Source: a virus (taxonomy: Duplodnaviria > Caudoviricetes). Taken from it: a stretch of DNA of 64,000 nt. Below the pieces are notes generated by a model. That model saw only the letters and a program-made list of their open reading frames with translations, searched no databases and was not told where the DNA came from. Both the position numbers and the translations under genes were made by a program. The stretch is from IMG/VR virus record IMGVR_UViG_2758568729_000001, positions 1 to 64,000 of that record. One strand, written 5' to 3'. This document shows, in pieces, positions 43,384 to 52,137 of the stretch (its first letter is position 1; every line of letters begins with the position of its first letter).

Positions 43384-44037
43384 ATGAACACGCCCACCCC
43401 CAGCCCGGCCCAGCTCAGAGCTTTGCTCGCCGCACTGGCCGGCGACCTCGCTGCTATCCAAACTGGTCGAACCACCAGGCGACGACTGGCTGCCAACGGA
43501 TGGCTCGACGGCCCGCACGCCGACTCGGAGATCACCGACGACGGCCGCGATGCAGCTCGGCGCGCATACCCACACGGGTACGCCGACGCCCTCTCCGTTG
43601 ACGAGGTCCCCGCCGAACTCGACCGGATCGTGGAGCCAGGCGAGCAGGCGTACGCGGTGTACAGGTGGAGCCGCGATCACCGGAAGTACGGGATCGCCGC
43701 TGCGGTTGCCGTCTTCGCCAACTACGGCATTGCCGAGGCGTACGCGGTTGCGCGGGAGCTGGTCGTCAGGTCGGTCTGGCGGGACCTGGGACCGGCGCCT
43801 GTTCCTGTGCTGGAGTCGACCCCGACCCCGGAGCCAACCCCGGATCCGGAGCCGGATCCGGACGACACGGTCCGCGTCGCAGGGGAGGGCGACGGTCGGT
43901 ACCGGGTCATCCGTCACGACGCCTCCGGCACCTGGGCCCTGATCGTGGCCGCCGACGTTGATCCCGACTCGACGCGGGGCGCCCGTTGGGTGTCGACACA
44001 CGAGGTCCGGTCGGCTCCGGACAAGGCGCCAGCCTGA
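43384..44037 (+). CDS. Hypothetical protein with N-terminal wHTH-like domain
   Basis: Resembles N-terminus of 40522-42057. Confidence 0.6.
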   Translation: MNTPTPSPAQLRALLAALAGDLAAIQTGRTTRRRLAANGWLDGPHADSEITDDGRDAARRAYPHGYADALSVDEVPAELDRIVEPGEQAYAVYRWSRDHRKYGIAAAVAVFANYGIAEAYAVARELVVRSVWRDLGPAPVPVLESTPTPEPTPDPEPDPDDTVRVAGEGDGRYRVIRHDASGTWALIVAADVDPDSTRGARWVSTHEVRSAPDKAPA

Positions 44038-44093
44038 GCGAGCTGCTGATACCCCGAGGGCCGGATCGCCGACCGTCGGCGCCACACCCAAAA

Positions 44094-44146
44094 AACTTGA
44101 TAGATATTGCCGCCAGCGTGACCTTCCTGCGGTAACTTGGTAGATG
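44094..44146 (+). promoter_or_regulatory. Double-box promoter
   Basis: Boxes at 44094 and 44134. Confidence 0.8.
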
Positions 44147-44176
44147 TAAGTGCTACCGATTTGCGAGGGAGTCACG

Positions 44177-44677
44177 ATGACCGCCAACGACCGCCTCTGG
44201 GCCGCATTCACCGCCTCCCACCCCGCCGAGGCCGCCCTGATCTGGGCCAACGAAACGTCGGCCCGACCCAACGCGCCCCTCGGCTACGCCTACAGCTCCG
44301 TTGCTGTCGCCGACGAAGCCGACACCAACCCCGAGCAGGCGTTGTGCCTCGTCGCCGACTACCTGACCAGCGTCCAGGACCAGACCATCGGCGGGCGCCC
44401 CCTCCGCGACTACCTCCCCCTCAAGCGAGACGAATACCTCGCCTGCCCCGGGCACCGCACGGACAACACCGCCGGCTACGTCATCCGACTCACCGTCGCC
44501 GGGGGAGAGGTCGTCAAGACCCCGGACGGGCGAACCGGCATCGACGCCTTCGCCGTCGAGTGCGAGCCTCACTGGGGCAACTACGACAAGGCGATCAACG
44601 CCGCGTGCGCGCTCACGGATGAGCACACGTACGCCGTCACCGACCGCCTGTACCGGTGCGGTCACCGCTCGTACTGA
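44177..44677 (+). CDS. Hypothetical protein
   Basis: GGGAG RBS; single-gene cassette. Confidence 0.65.
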   Translation: MTANDRLWAAFTASHPAEAALIWANETSARPNAPLGYAYSSVAVADEADTNPEQALCLVADYLTSVQDQTIGGRPLRDYLPLKRDEYLACPGHRTDNTAGYVIRLTVAGGEVVKTPDGRTGIDAFAVECEPHWGNYDKAINAACALTDEHTYAVTDRLYRCGHRSY

Positions 44678-44685
44678 GCTGGCTG

Positions 44686-44718
44686 AGAAGGGGGGCCGGG
44701 CTACCTGGCCCCCCTTCT
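44686..44718 (+). terminator. Terminator hairpin
   Basis: AGAAGGGGGGCC/GGCCCCCCTTCT. Confidence 0.65.
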
Positions 44719-44738
44719 GTGCGCCCGACTAGGGGGCA

Positions 44739-44792
44739 AACTCGGTAGATGAGATTGCCGGATCTCTGCCCCATGCCGTAGATTGATAGATA
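44739..44792 (+). promoter_or_regulatory. Double-box promoter
   Basis: Boxes at 44739 and 44780; TTGCCG-N18-TAGATT. Confidence 0.7.
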
Positions 44793-44833
44793 TGAGGTAG
44801 TCCGACCGACCTAGCGACGAGGAGCCGAACCCT

Positions 44834-45562
44834 GTGACCACAACCAAAACCCACACCGCCGAACATCCCGGACCCATCACCCTGGACGCCCGACTCGCCA
44901 GCGGTGCCATCACCGTAACCGTCGAAGACCGCACCCACGCCGTCATCACCATCGCCACCGCCGACAACGACGGGACCTCGGCCAACGCGGTCAACGCCGC
45001 CCGCATCAACGACAGCGGCACGAAGATCGCGGTCGGCGTCGACACGGCCGGCGGCGGCAGCGGCGGAGTCGTCATCCAAAGCGGCGGTGTCCAGCGGAAC
45101 ATGTTCAACACCGGTGGCGGCGTCATGATCGCCGGGAACAACTACGGGGTGATCTCCACCGGCAACGGGAGCGTTGTCATCGGCGGCGGGGCCGTCGTGA
45201 TCGGCGGCAGCCCGATCTTTATCGAGGCCAAGCTCCCCGTCGGGTCGTCGTTGCTCGCGGAGACGACCGACGCCCGAGTGGAAACGACCGGCAGCCTGGA
45301 CCGGGCACAGGTCCGCACCATGTCCGGGCACATCCGGATCGACGCCGTGACCACCCCGGACCTGCACACCATGTCGGGTCACATCGACATCCGCGCCCTG
45401 TACGGCGACGGCCGGGCCGAAACCATGTCCGGCCGGATCACCGTGGTCGCGGCGGTCGAGTGCGCACTGCGCGCCCGGTCCATGTCGGGCGACATCGAGA
45501 TCTCGGGCGCCCGCGTCGACCTGGACGCCAGCACCATGTCCGGCCGGCTCCGGACCCGTTGA
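44834..45562 (+). CDS. DUF4097-like beta-strand repeat protein
   Basis: Repeated (T/S)MSG.I.I. Confidence 0.8.
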   Translation: MTTTKTHTAEHPGPITLDARLASGAITVTVEDRTHAVITIATADNDGTSANAVNAARINDSGTKIAVGVDTAGGGSGGVVIQSGGVQRNMFNTGGGVMIAGNNYGVISTGNGSVVIGGGAVVIGGSPIFIEAKLPVGSSLLAETTDARVETTGSLDRAQVRTMSGHIRIDAVTTPDLHTMSGHIDIRALYGDGRAETMSGRITVVAAVECALRARSMSGDIEISGARVDLDASTMSGRLRTR

Positions 45563-45591
45563 CCATCCCACTACTCACCTGAGGAGCTTCC

Positions 45592-45951
45592 ATGACCGAC
45601 CCCAGCGCCCACTGGGCCCCCCCGGGTGACGCCCGCCCACCTGGCAGGGCTGAACTCGCCGCCATGCTCCGCGCCGTCGCCAACCGCGGTGTCCTCACCC
45701 CGGCGATGGGGCGCCCGGAGGTGCTGGCCGGGATCAGGCGTAAGCGCTGGGCCACCACCCCGACGGATGGCACCCCGTCCACGCTCACCGAATTCGGTCA
45801 CCGTGTGACCCGGGGGGCGAATCCCGAGGCGTACGTGGCGGCGGTGCCCGACGAGCAGGTGCAGGCGTGGGCCGGTCTGATCGCTGCGGCCGAACGGGCA
45901 CCGGAGTCGACCGACCCGCCCGCTGATCACCGAGGAGGTGAAGCGCCGTGA
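45592..45951 (+). CDS. wHTH-like hypothetical protein
   Basis: LTEFG...P..Y..A motif shared with 40522 and 43384. Confidence 0.6.
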   Translation: MTDPSAHWAPPGDARPPGRAELAAMLRAVANRGVLTPAMGRPEVLAGIRRKRWATTPTDGTPSTLTEFGHRVTRGANPEAYVAAVPDEQVQAWAGLIAAAERAPESTDPPADHRGGEAP

Positions 45952-46907
45952 CAACCACGTTGACATATCCTGGTCCGGGTATCGCCTACCGCAACCCTGG
46001 ACCCGGAGCCGCCCGCATGCCCGAAGTTCCGTTTCTGACCCGGACCGACCTGGCCGCCATCGGCACAGAGGTATGGGGGGTGCCAGTCACCGAAACCAAG
46101 ATCACCGAGCTGGTTCGGGAATCACGGCCGGGCGGCAAATACGAGGACGACCCGTTCGTGGGGCCGGACTCCTACCTCGGCAACGCCCCCTGGTGGGCCA
46201 AGGGCCGGGGCCGGACGGTCACCGCCTGGTTCAAGCGGCACATGCCACCCCCCGTGGTCGACGCCGAAGCAGTCGCTGCCGAACGGCAACTCGAACTCGC
46301 CGACGTGCTCTGGTTGGAAGATGTCGCCGCGCTCGGCGGCGTACAAGAGAAGACCATCACCGACCACCTCTACCAGTCACAGGAAGAGGTCGGCGGGAAG
46401 CGCGGCGCAGCCAAGAAGCGGGGCAAGTGGGCCGACGACCCGTTCCCGGCACCGGAGGAGAAGCGGGCTGGACGGCGGGTGTACTGGAAGGCGGAGAGGC
46501 GAGACGAGATCCTGGCCTGGTTCGGCCGGCACCCGCGGCGGCAGGTTGGTGACGGAATCGGCGGGCCGAGCGGAATCACCCGGGCGGAGGCGCAGGGGTT
46601 GCAGCCGCCAAAGCCGCCGAAGCCGCCGAAGCCGCCAGTAAATGCGTCCCCACGCGAGTACCTGGATTGGGCGGCTGGCCACGCCCTTGACATCTACCTG
46701 GCCGGCGACACGGCCAGGGCTATCGACTCGTTCGCGGCCGACCTGGTGCAGCACGAGGGAACGACTCACATCGTTGAGGACCCGGAGTTCCGGTCAGCGA
46801 TGGCGGATGCGGCGGCGAAGGGGTGGGAGGCTTTCAAGGCGGCCATGTCTGGATGGCCGCTGCGGAAGCCGTCGGGGCGGTCGTCGAAGCCGCGCGTCAA
46901 GTCCTGA
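45948..46907 (+). CDS. Protein with tandem AlpA/MerR-like HTH domains
   Basis: Two repeats ending DDPF..P....G....W......(I/V).AWF.RH. Confidence 0.65.
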   Translation: MTTTLTYPGPGIAYRNPGPGAARMPEVPFLTRTDLAAIGTEVWGVPVTETKITELVRESRPGGKYEDDPFVGPDSYLGNAPWWAKGRGRTVTAWFKRHMPPPVVDAEAVAAERQLELADVLWLEDVAALGGVQEKTITDHLYQSQEEVGGKRGAAKKRGKWADDPFPAPEEKRAGRRVYWKAERRDEILAWFGRHPRRQVGDGIGGPSGITRAEAQGLQPPKPPKPPKPPVNASPREYLDWAAGHALDIYLAGDTARAIDSFAADLVQHEGTTHIVEDPEFRSAMADAAAKGWEAFKAAMSGWPLRKPSGRSSKPRVKS

Positions 46908-46920
46908 AGTCCTGACGGGA

Positions 46921-46948
46921 GCGCCCTCGTGATCGCGGGGGCGTTTTT
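46921..46948 (+). terminator. Intrinsic terminator
   Basis: CGCCCTCG/CGGGGGCG plus TTTTT. Confidence 0.7.
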
Positions 46949-46956
46949 CGTGGCGA

Positions 46957-47009
46957 AACTTGATAGATGTACTAGCGCTTGAGTCCTTCGTGCGGTAACT
47001 TGGTAGATG
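46957..47009 (+). promoter_or_regulatory. Double-box promoter
   Basis: Boxes at 46957 and 46997. Confidence 0.8.
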
Positions 47010-47044
47010 TAAGGCAGTCGGGTTGCCCAACCAAGGAGACGAAG

Positions 47045-47575
47045 ATGACCACCGCCACCACCGCCACCACCTACAGCGGCGCCAACGGCACCACCTTCGA
47101 CCACATCTCCGTCACCGCCCTCACCGAACGCGACGTCGACCGCATGGAACGCGTCGAGTCCGCCCTGTGCCGCTGGGCCCGCGTCACCCCCATGCACCAC
47201 ACCCAGGAGGATGAGATCTGCGGCGTCATCAACGACGCGCTGATCCTCCTGGAGGAGTACGGCACCGGTGCCGTCGAGAACGCCGCAACCCCTGCTGACG
47301 CCACATACGCCGAGGCCGCTGCGTGGGCGACCGTCCGCAAGGTCACCGCGCAGGCCCTTCGGTTCCCGCTCCCGATCCAGCCGACCGAGCAGATCAGTAC
47401 CGAGGAGCGGACCGCCCGCAGCACCGCACACATCCACCGCGCCGGTACCGCGCTCCTCGCCGGCAAGCAGCCCGAGGCCCTGTACTGGCTCGACGCCGCC
47501 GAGGCCGTCGACCCGGCCCGGGACTACGACGGGCTGTACCACCTGGTCGTCACCCCGTGGGCGATCTGCCGGTAA
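47045..47575 (+). CDS. Hypothetical protein
   Basis: AAGGAG RBS; C-terminal DAAE...RDYD.L. Confidence 0.65.
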   Translation: MTTATTATTYSGANGTTFDHISVTALTERDVDRMERVESALCRWARVTPMHHTQEDEICGVINDALILLEEYGTGAVENAATPADATYAEAAAWATVRKVTAQALRFPLPIQPTEQISTEERTARSTAHIHRAGTALLAGKQPEALYWLDAAEAVDPARDYDGLYHLVVTPWAICR

Positions 47576-47609
47576 CCCGCCCGCGTAGAGCAGGAGAGAG
47601 GAGAGCGGC

Positions 47610-48032
47610 ATGCTCACGCTTGTCGAACTGGCCATGGTCGCCCAGGCCGCCGAGGACTACGCGGCCTGCTGGTACGGGCCGCAACCTGCTGCGGTTTTCA
47701 GCCGGTGGGACTGTGAACGGTACGTCTCCGAGGGCTACCTGAAGCACCTCCACCACCGATACAACCTCGACGAGCTGATGGCGGCCGTGGGCGCGCACCT
47801 GGACGCGAACCCCAACATCCTGACCGCCGGCCGGGTGAGTGCCGCCGAACTCGTCGCCCGCGAAACCGAACGTCACAAGCGGGCCGAGGCCGTGCTTGAC
47901 CAGGCCCTGATCGCCTTCAGGGCGGGACGGCGGGCCGAGGGTTTGCGGCTGATCGACGCGGCCGAGGTTGAGGCACCGCTGATGCGCGACTACGACCGGC
48001 TGCGCGCCCGGGTGAACGCCACCAAATCCTGA
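47610..48032 (+). CDS. Hypothetical protein
   Basis: Same C-terminal DAAE...RDYD.L motif. Confidence 0.65.
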   Translation: MLTLVELAMVAQAAEDYAACWYGPQPAAVFSRWDCERYVSEGYLKHLHHRYNLDELMAAVGAHLDANPNILTAGRVSAAELVARETERHKRAEAVLDQALIAFRAGRRAEGLRLIDAAEVEAPLMRDYDRLRARVNATKS

Positions 48033-48339
48033 CCTGCGCCGGTCCGCCCCCGACCTGCGCCAACCCGACCAAGGGGGACCACCATGCGACCGATCGACCT
48101 CAATGCCCTACCGGGGCCAATACTCCAGGCGGCCGAACGCGCCATCCTCCTCGCCTGGGTCGCCGGTCGCAGCCTCCCCGACGCGATCGAAGCCGCCACC
48201 AAAGCGGTGGTCCGGGACGCCCTCGCCCGCGACATGACCGTGGCCGGCGCGCAGCGGCTCGGGGACATCACCGTGGCGGTCGGCGCCAAGATGCTGGCCA
48301 ATCTCGACCCAACCCACCTGACGAATCGAGGAACCCAAG

Positions 48340-48645
48340 ATGCCCACGACACCGGCAACCCAGAGCGAACTGTTCACCCTGCTCGTCGACAGCAACGCCC
48401 AGGCCATGCGGGACCTGCTCGTACCGGAAGGGTTCACCCCGTACGGCCCGAACCTCCAGCACGACACCACCGGGGTCATGGTCGCGGTCGGGGCTGACGG
48501 GTACCGGATCACGTTCGTGAGCGCCGGCACGTGCGGGCAACTCGGTGTTGTGGACCTGCCGCCGTCGACCGGGTACACGGCCGTGCGCGACACGGCGTTG
48601 GCGTTGCACCGGTTCGTGGCCGCCGAGATCGAGGCGGCGGGCTGA
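48340..48645 (+). CDS. Hypothetical protein
   Basis: GAGGA RBS. Confidence 0.6.
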   Translation: MPTTPATQSELFTLLVDSNAQAMRDLLVPEGFTPYGPNLQHDTTGVMVAVGADGYRITFVSAGTCGQLGVVDLPPSTGYTAVRDTALALHRFVAAEIEAAG

Positions 48646-48704
48646 CCGGCGCGCGGCTGTTGGCCGCGATCGACCCAACCCATCTGATCGACTGAGGAGT
48701 ACCG

Positions 48705-48917
48705 ATGCTCGTTGAGACGTTGCCCGCCGCCCCGCCGGTGACCCCGCTCGTTGTCCACCCGTGCCAGCCGGCCGAGTTGGAGGAGGTGCGGTTGTCGACC
48801 TGCCCGTACGGGTGCAAGGTCATGCGCTGCGCCGGCTGCCAGGGGGAGCATGTCGTGCACATGCCGGCGTACGGGTGCCCGCCGTGGCGGCCGTACGCCG
48901 TGGCGCCCCGCCGGTAG
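48705..48917 (+). CDS. Small Cys/His-rich protein
   Basis: GAGGAG RBS; CPYGC, CAGC, H...YGC. Confidence 0.6.
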   Translation: MLVETLPAAPPVTPLVVHPCQPAELEEVRLSTCPYGCKVMRCAGCQGEHVVHMPAYGCPPWRPYAVAPRR

Positions 48918-48944
48918 TTCGGCTGGAAGCGGTCGGATTCCAAA

Positions 48945-48996
48945 AACTCGGTAGATGTATTGCGTTCAGCTTGACGGTACCGTAACTTGATAGATG
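48945..48996 (+). promoter_or_regulatory. Double-box promoter
   Basis: Boxes at 48945 and 48984; TTGCGT-N17-TAACTT. Confidence 0.8.
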
Positions 48997-49025
48997 TAAG
49001 TGATGCCGAACGCGCGGAGGGCAAG

Positions 49026-49442
49026 ATGGCCACCACACGCACCGCCCCAAAGGCCACCACCGGCACCAAGGCCATCAACACCGCCCTCGACGCCGGGTTC
49101 GAGATCACCGAACACGGCGCGACCAACGGCCGCTACCGCCACCACCTCGTCGCCGCCGACGGACGCGCACTCATCATCGACACCGCACTCGGCACCGGCC
49201 GGTTCCTCAACGCCGAAGGCCGTAGCCGCTCCTACTGGAACGCAAGCTACCTCGGGGCGCGCAGCCTCAAGGCGCTCCGGGAACTGCTCGCCGCCGGAAG
49301 CAAGACCCCAGAGCAGATGCCGGCACAGGCGGCCGAGCAACGCAGCTCCGAACTCACGGACATGCACCTCGCGGCCCTGGACAACGAGCGCCGGCTGCGC
49401 AACGACCTGCGCCGCGAACGCCGCCACTTCTACGGACGCTGA
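49026..49442 (+). CDS. Hypothetical protein
   Basis: GGAGG RBS. Confidence 0.65.
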   Translation: MATTRTAPKATTGTKAINTALDAGFEITEHGATNGRYRHHLVAADGRALIIDTALGTGRFLNAEGRSRSYWNASYLGARSLKALRELLAAGSKTPEQMPAQAAEQRSSELTDMHLAALDNERRLRNDLRRERRHFYGR

Positions 49443-49590
49443 TCAAAACTCCAGAACGGCCCCCGCTCCTGGGGGACTCACCCGGTTGAGGGGTCACAGC
49501 CCCAACCAGTACCGGGGAGACTGCGGACCCCATGTGGTGTCCCTGGGGAGCGGGGGCCACGACCAAGGTCAGCGCAGAGGAGAACCCGAG

Positions 49591-49854
49591 ATGGCCCGCA
49601 AGACCACCGTCCCGACCTGTGGCGACTGCCAGGCCACCAACCAACCGCAGGGCCGCGCCCGGGGCCTCTGCATCGTCTGCTCGCCCCTCACCGTCCTGCA
49701 CCTCAGGCTTGCCGGCGACCAGGCCACCTACTGCGGCCGGAGCATGTACATCGTCACCAACGACCCGGACCAGGACTCCACCATCAACGACCTGGACCAC
49801 AAGGTGAACTGCCCCGACTGCCTGTGGCAGCTTCGGCACCGCCGCAGCCACTGA
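49591..49854 (+). CDS. Small zinc-finger protein
   Basis: CGDC...RGLCIVC; H...CG...CPDC. Confidence 0.65.
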   Translation: MARKTTVPTCGDCQATNQPQGRARGLCIVCSPLTVLHLRLAGDQATYCGRSMYIVTNDPDQDSTINDLDHKVNCPDCLWQLRHRRSH

Positions 49855-49880
49855 CCCGACCACCCGCCTGGGAGACCGAG

Positions 49881-50243
49881 ATGACCGACACCGACCGGCC
49901 CATGACGTTCATCGAACGCCAGAAGGAAGCCGCCCTCGACGAGCTGCGTGAGCGGGGCGAGGAACGCCGACGCATCGCGGAAATCGTCCTCGGCAAGAAC
50001 CGCGGCCGGGACCAGGTCACCGAGGTCATCAACCTCAGCGGCGACTACCTGGTGGAGGTCGCCACCCGGGACAGCGGCGTGTACTGGGCGTCCCTCGTTG
50101 GCGGGAAGCGCACCGGCCAGTTCCACGTCCGGCAGGAGGACGCGATTCTCCACCTGATCGCCGCCCGGTACGACCCGAACCCGAACACGAACACCTCGGC
50201 CGCGTTCTACGCCGGCCGGGTCCTCGGCGTCTCCACCGACTGA
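49881..50243 (+). CDS. Hypothetical protein
   Basis: GGGAG RBS. Confidence 0.6.
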   Translation: MTDTDRPMTFIERQKEAALDELRERGEERRRIAEIVLGKNRGRDQVTEVINLSGDYLVEVATRDSGVYWASLVGGKRTGQFHVRQEDAILHLIAARYDPNPNTNTSAAFYAGRVLGVSTD

Positions 50244-50257
50244 CGAGGACAGCCAGA

Positions 50258-50572
50258 ATGCCGACCCGACTCGACGCCGCCCGTGAAGCCGCTACCACCG
50301 CCGCGACCAACGCTCTCGCTGGTCGCGGCGTGGAAGCGGTCCTCTGCGACCAGCTCGCAGCCGAGATCGTCGCCGTGCTCCTCATCGCCCGGTCCGAACG
50401 CGGGCTGACGTGGCTGCGCGGGATGCGGGCCACGGCCAGGCAGAACGAGCTGATCAACCGGCACCACACGATCAGCGCCCTGACCCTGTTCGCCACCCGA
50501 ACCGCCCTGCAAGACGCGATGGTTGCCGCCGCTGATGCGCTGGTGGCCGCCCTTGGCCGCCGCACGAACTGA
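50258..50572 (+). CDS. Hypothetical protein
   Basis: GAGGA RBS. Confidence 0.55.
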   Translation: MPTRLDAAREAATTAATNALAGRGVEAVLCDQLAAEIVAVLLIARSERGLTWLRGMRATARQNELINRHHTISALTLFATRTALQDAMVAAADALVAALGRRTN

Positions 50573-50594
50573 CCCGACCGTGAAGGAGACCAGC

Positions 50595-50984
50595 ATGTCC
50601 GACACCCTGACCCTCGCCCTGGCCGCGTACGACGAGGCCGACCCGGACAACCCCGCCGGCCGCCGCGTTCACGCTGCGGCCCTGTTCCGGGAGGCCACCG
50701 GCGCCACCCTCCGTGACTCGCTGGCCGCTGTGGACGAGGTCATCGCGGAGCGGACCACGTTCGAGAACCTGGAGCAGTTCCGGCAGCCCACCACGTTCGG
50801 GTGGCGGTACGAGTTCCCGAACAACCGGATGGTGACGGTCATCAACGACGACACCGCCCCGTTCAGGTTCGAGGTGCTGTCCGACGACCCGGCCGACGTG
50901 GCGACGGGCAACATCCGCCGGGGGCTCACCACCGAGCAGGTGGAGGCAAAGTTGGTGGCGATCTACGGGATGCCGGCGGTCTAG
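50595..50984 (+). CDS. Hypothetical protein (N-terminus weakly L7/L12 CTD-like)
   Basis: AAGGAG RBS; FREATGATLRDSLAAVD. Confidence 0.6.
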   Translation: MSDTLTLALAAYDEADPDNPAGRRVHAAALFREATGATLRDSLAAVDEVIAERTTFENLEQFRQPTTFGWRYEFPNNRMVTVINDDTAPFRFEVLSDDPADVATGNIRRGLTTEQVEAKLVAIYGMPAV

Positions 50985-51003
50985 CCGGGGGAGCGGTTCA
51001 AGG

Positions 51004-51056
51004 AACTTGATAGATGCTCTTGCCTCACGTGGTACGCGTGTGTAACTTGATAGATG
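51004..51056 (+). promoter_or_regulatory. Double-box promoter
   Basis: Boxes at 51004 and 51044; TTGCCT-N17-TAACTT. Confidence 0.8.
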
Positions 51057-51087
51057 TAACCGCTACCGAGGTACACCGGAGGACACC

Positions 51088-51456
51088 ATGCAGGCCACCA
51101 CCCTGAACCGCCGCCTCATCGCCTACAGCGCGCGCAGCACCGACGGTCCTATCGCCGACATCGTTCAGGGCATCGCCACCGTCATCACCACCCACACCCG
51201 GCCCACCTGGTCCGAGTGCGCCGAGCAGATCCCCGGCTACGTCACCGGCACCGACCTCGGGCCGGCGATCGAGTACACCCTCCGGTACACCCACTGCGGC
51301 CAGGACGTCGTTCGCGTGCTCGACGCGGCCGGGGTCGAGCGGATCGGCAAGGTCGTCATGGCCAGCAATGCCCGTACCGGGAACATCACCAACATCGCGG
51401 TCCTCGACGCCGACGGCGGGGACGTCACCTTCGACTTCGCCTGCTTCCGCGACTGA
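51088..51456 (+). CDS. Hypothetical protein
   Basis: GGAGG RBS. Confidence 0.65.
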   Translation: MQATTLNRRLIAYSARSTDGPIADIVQGIATVITTHTRPTWSECAEQIPGYVTGTDLGPAIEYTLRYTHCGQDVVRVLDAAGVERIGKVVMASNARTGNITNIAVLDADGGDVTFDFACFRD

Positions 51457-51486
51457 CCCCCACTTCGCCCACCTACATGCTCAACC

Positions 51487-51534
51487 GGGCCGTACCGGCG
51501 CACCAGCAGGGTTCGAATCCCTGACGGCCCACCA
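51487..51534 (+). ncRNA. tRNA-like minihelix (acceptor stem, T-arm, ACCA)
   Basis: GGGCCGT-13nt-CAGGG-TTCGAAT-CCCTG-ACGGCCC-A-CCA. Confidence 0.6.
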
Positions 51535-51568
51535 AAGCAGGACCCCAACGAACACCGGAGAACCCGAC

Positions 51569-52132
51569 ATGACGACTCCACCGGTAGATCCGAAGATCTA
51601 CACCTCCGACGCCGAACCCGGCGACGTCCTCATCCAACTCAGCTACCCCACGTCGAACCTGGACGACGCAGGCATTGCCGAGCTCGGCGTCACCGACCGC
51701 ATGTCGGGACAGGCGTTGGTCCGGGTCCGCATGAACGCTGAACAGTTCCTCGGCGTCATGTCGAACACCGGAACCGTCGTCGGCGGCGCGGTCGTGCCGG
51801 TCCACCCGGAACGCATCGGGAAGCGGTCGCAGCACACCTCCACCGCCATCGCACGCAACAGCGACCTGGACCCCGAGCAGGTCAAAGCCGACTACCTGGC
51901 CAACGGGTGGGACACCGTTCGGATCAGCAAGACGAACTCCGGGCAGCAGGTATCGGCAACCCGGTGGGTCACCGACGGGCCGGAGCCGGTGGCGACAACG
52001 CCGGTCGACGTGGAGGCGGTCATGGCGATGGTCACCGAGTACGGCGCCGAATGCAGCAAGGACGCCGGGCTCACCGACCGGGCGATGGAACTCCGCGACG
52101 CGATCCGCGCCGCCATCACCGGGCAGGAGTAA
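51569..52132 (+). CDS. Hypothetical protein
   Basis: GGAG RBS; MTTPPVDPK. Confidence 0.6.
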   Translation: MTTPPVDPKIYTSDAEPGDVLIQLSYPTSNLDDAGIAELGVTDRMSGQALVRVRMNAEQFLGVMSNTGTVVGGAVVPVHPERIGKRSQHTSTAIARNSDLDPEQVKADYLANGWDTVRISKTNSGQQVSATRWVTDGPEPVATTPVDVEAVMAMVTEYGAECSKDAGLTDRAMELRDAIRAAITGQE

Positions 52133-52137
52133 GCGAC

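Noticed and set aside
48084-48497. CDS at 48084
   Set aside because: The N-terminal half looks protein-like but the frame overlaps 48340-48645 by over 150 nt; boundaries too uncertain to list.
36900-51056. Box repeats as a CRISPR array or as a YIYQV peptide motif in antisense ORFs
   Set aside because: Repeats are 13 bp, dispersed in pairs before genes, with no cas genes; YIYQV is just the box translated in shadow frames.
51487-51534. attL/attR prophage scar
   Set aside because: The 5' acceptor strand is retained, no integrase is nearby, and I found no matching direct repeat among the array tRNAs.
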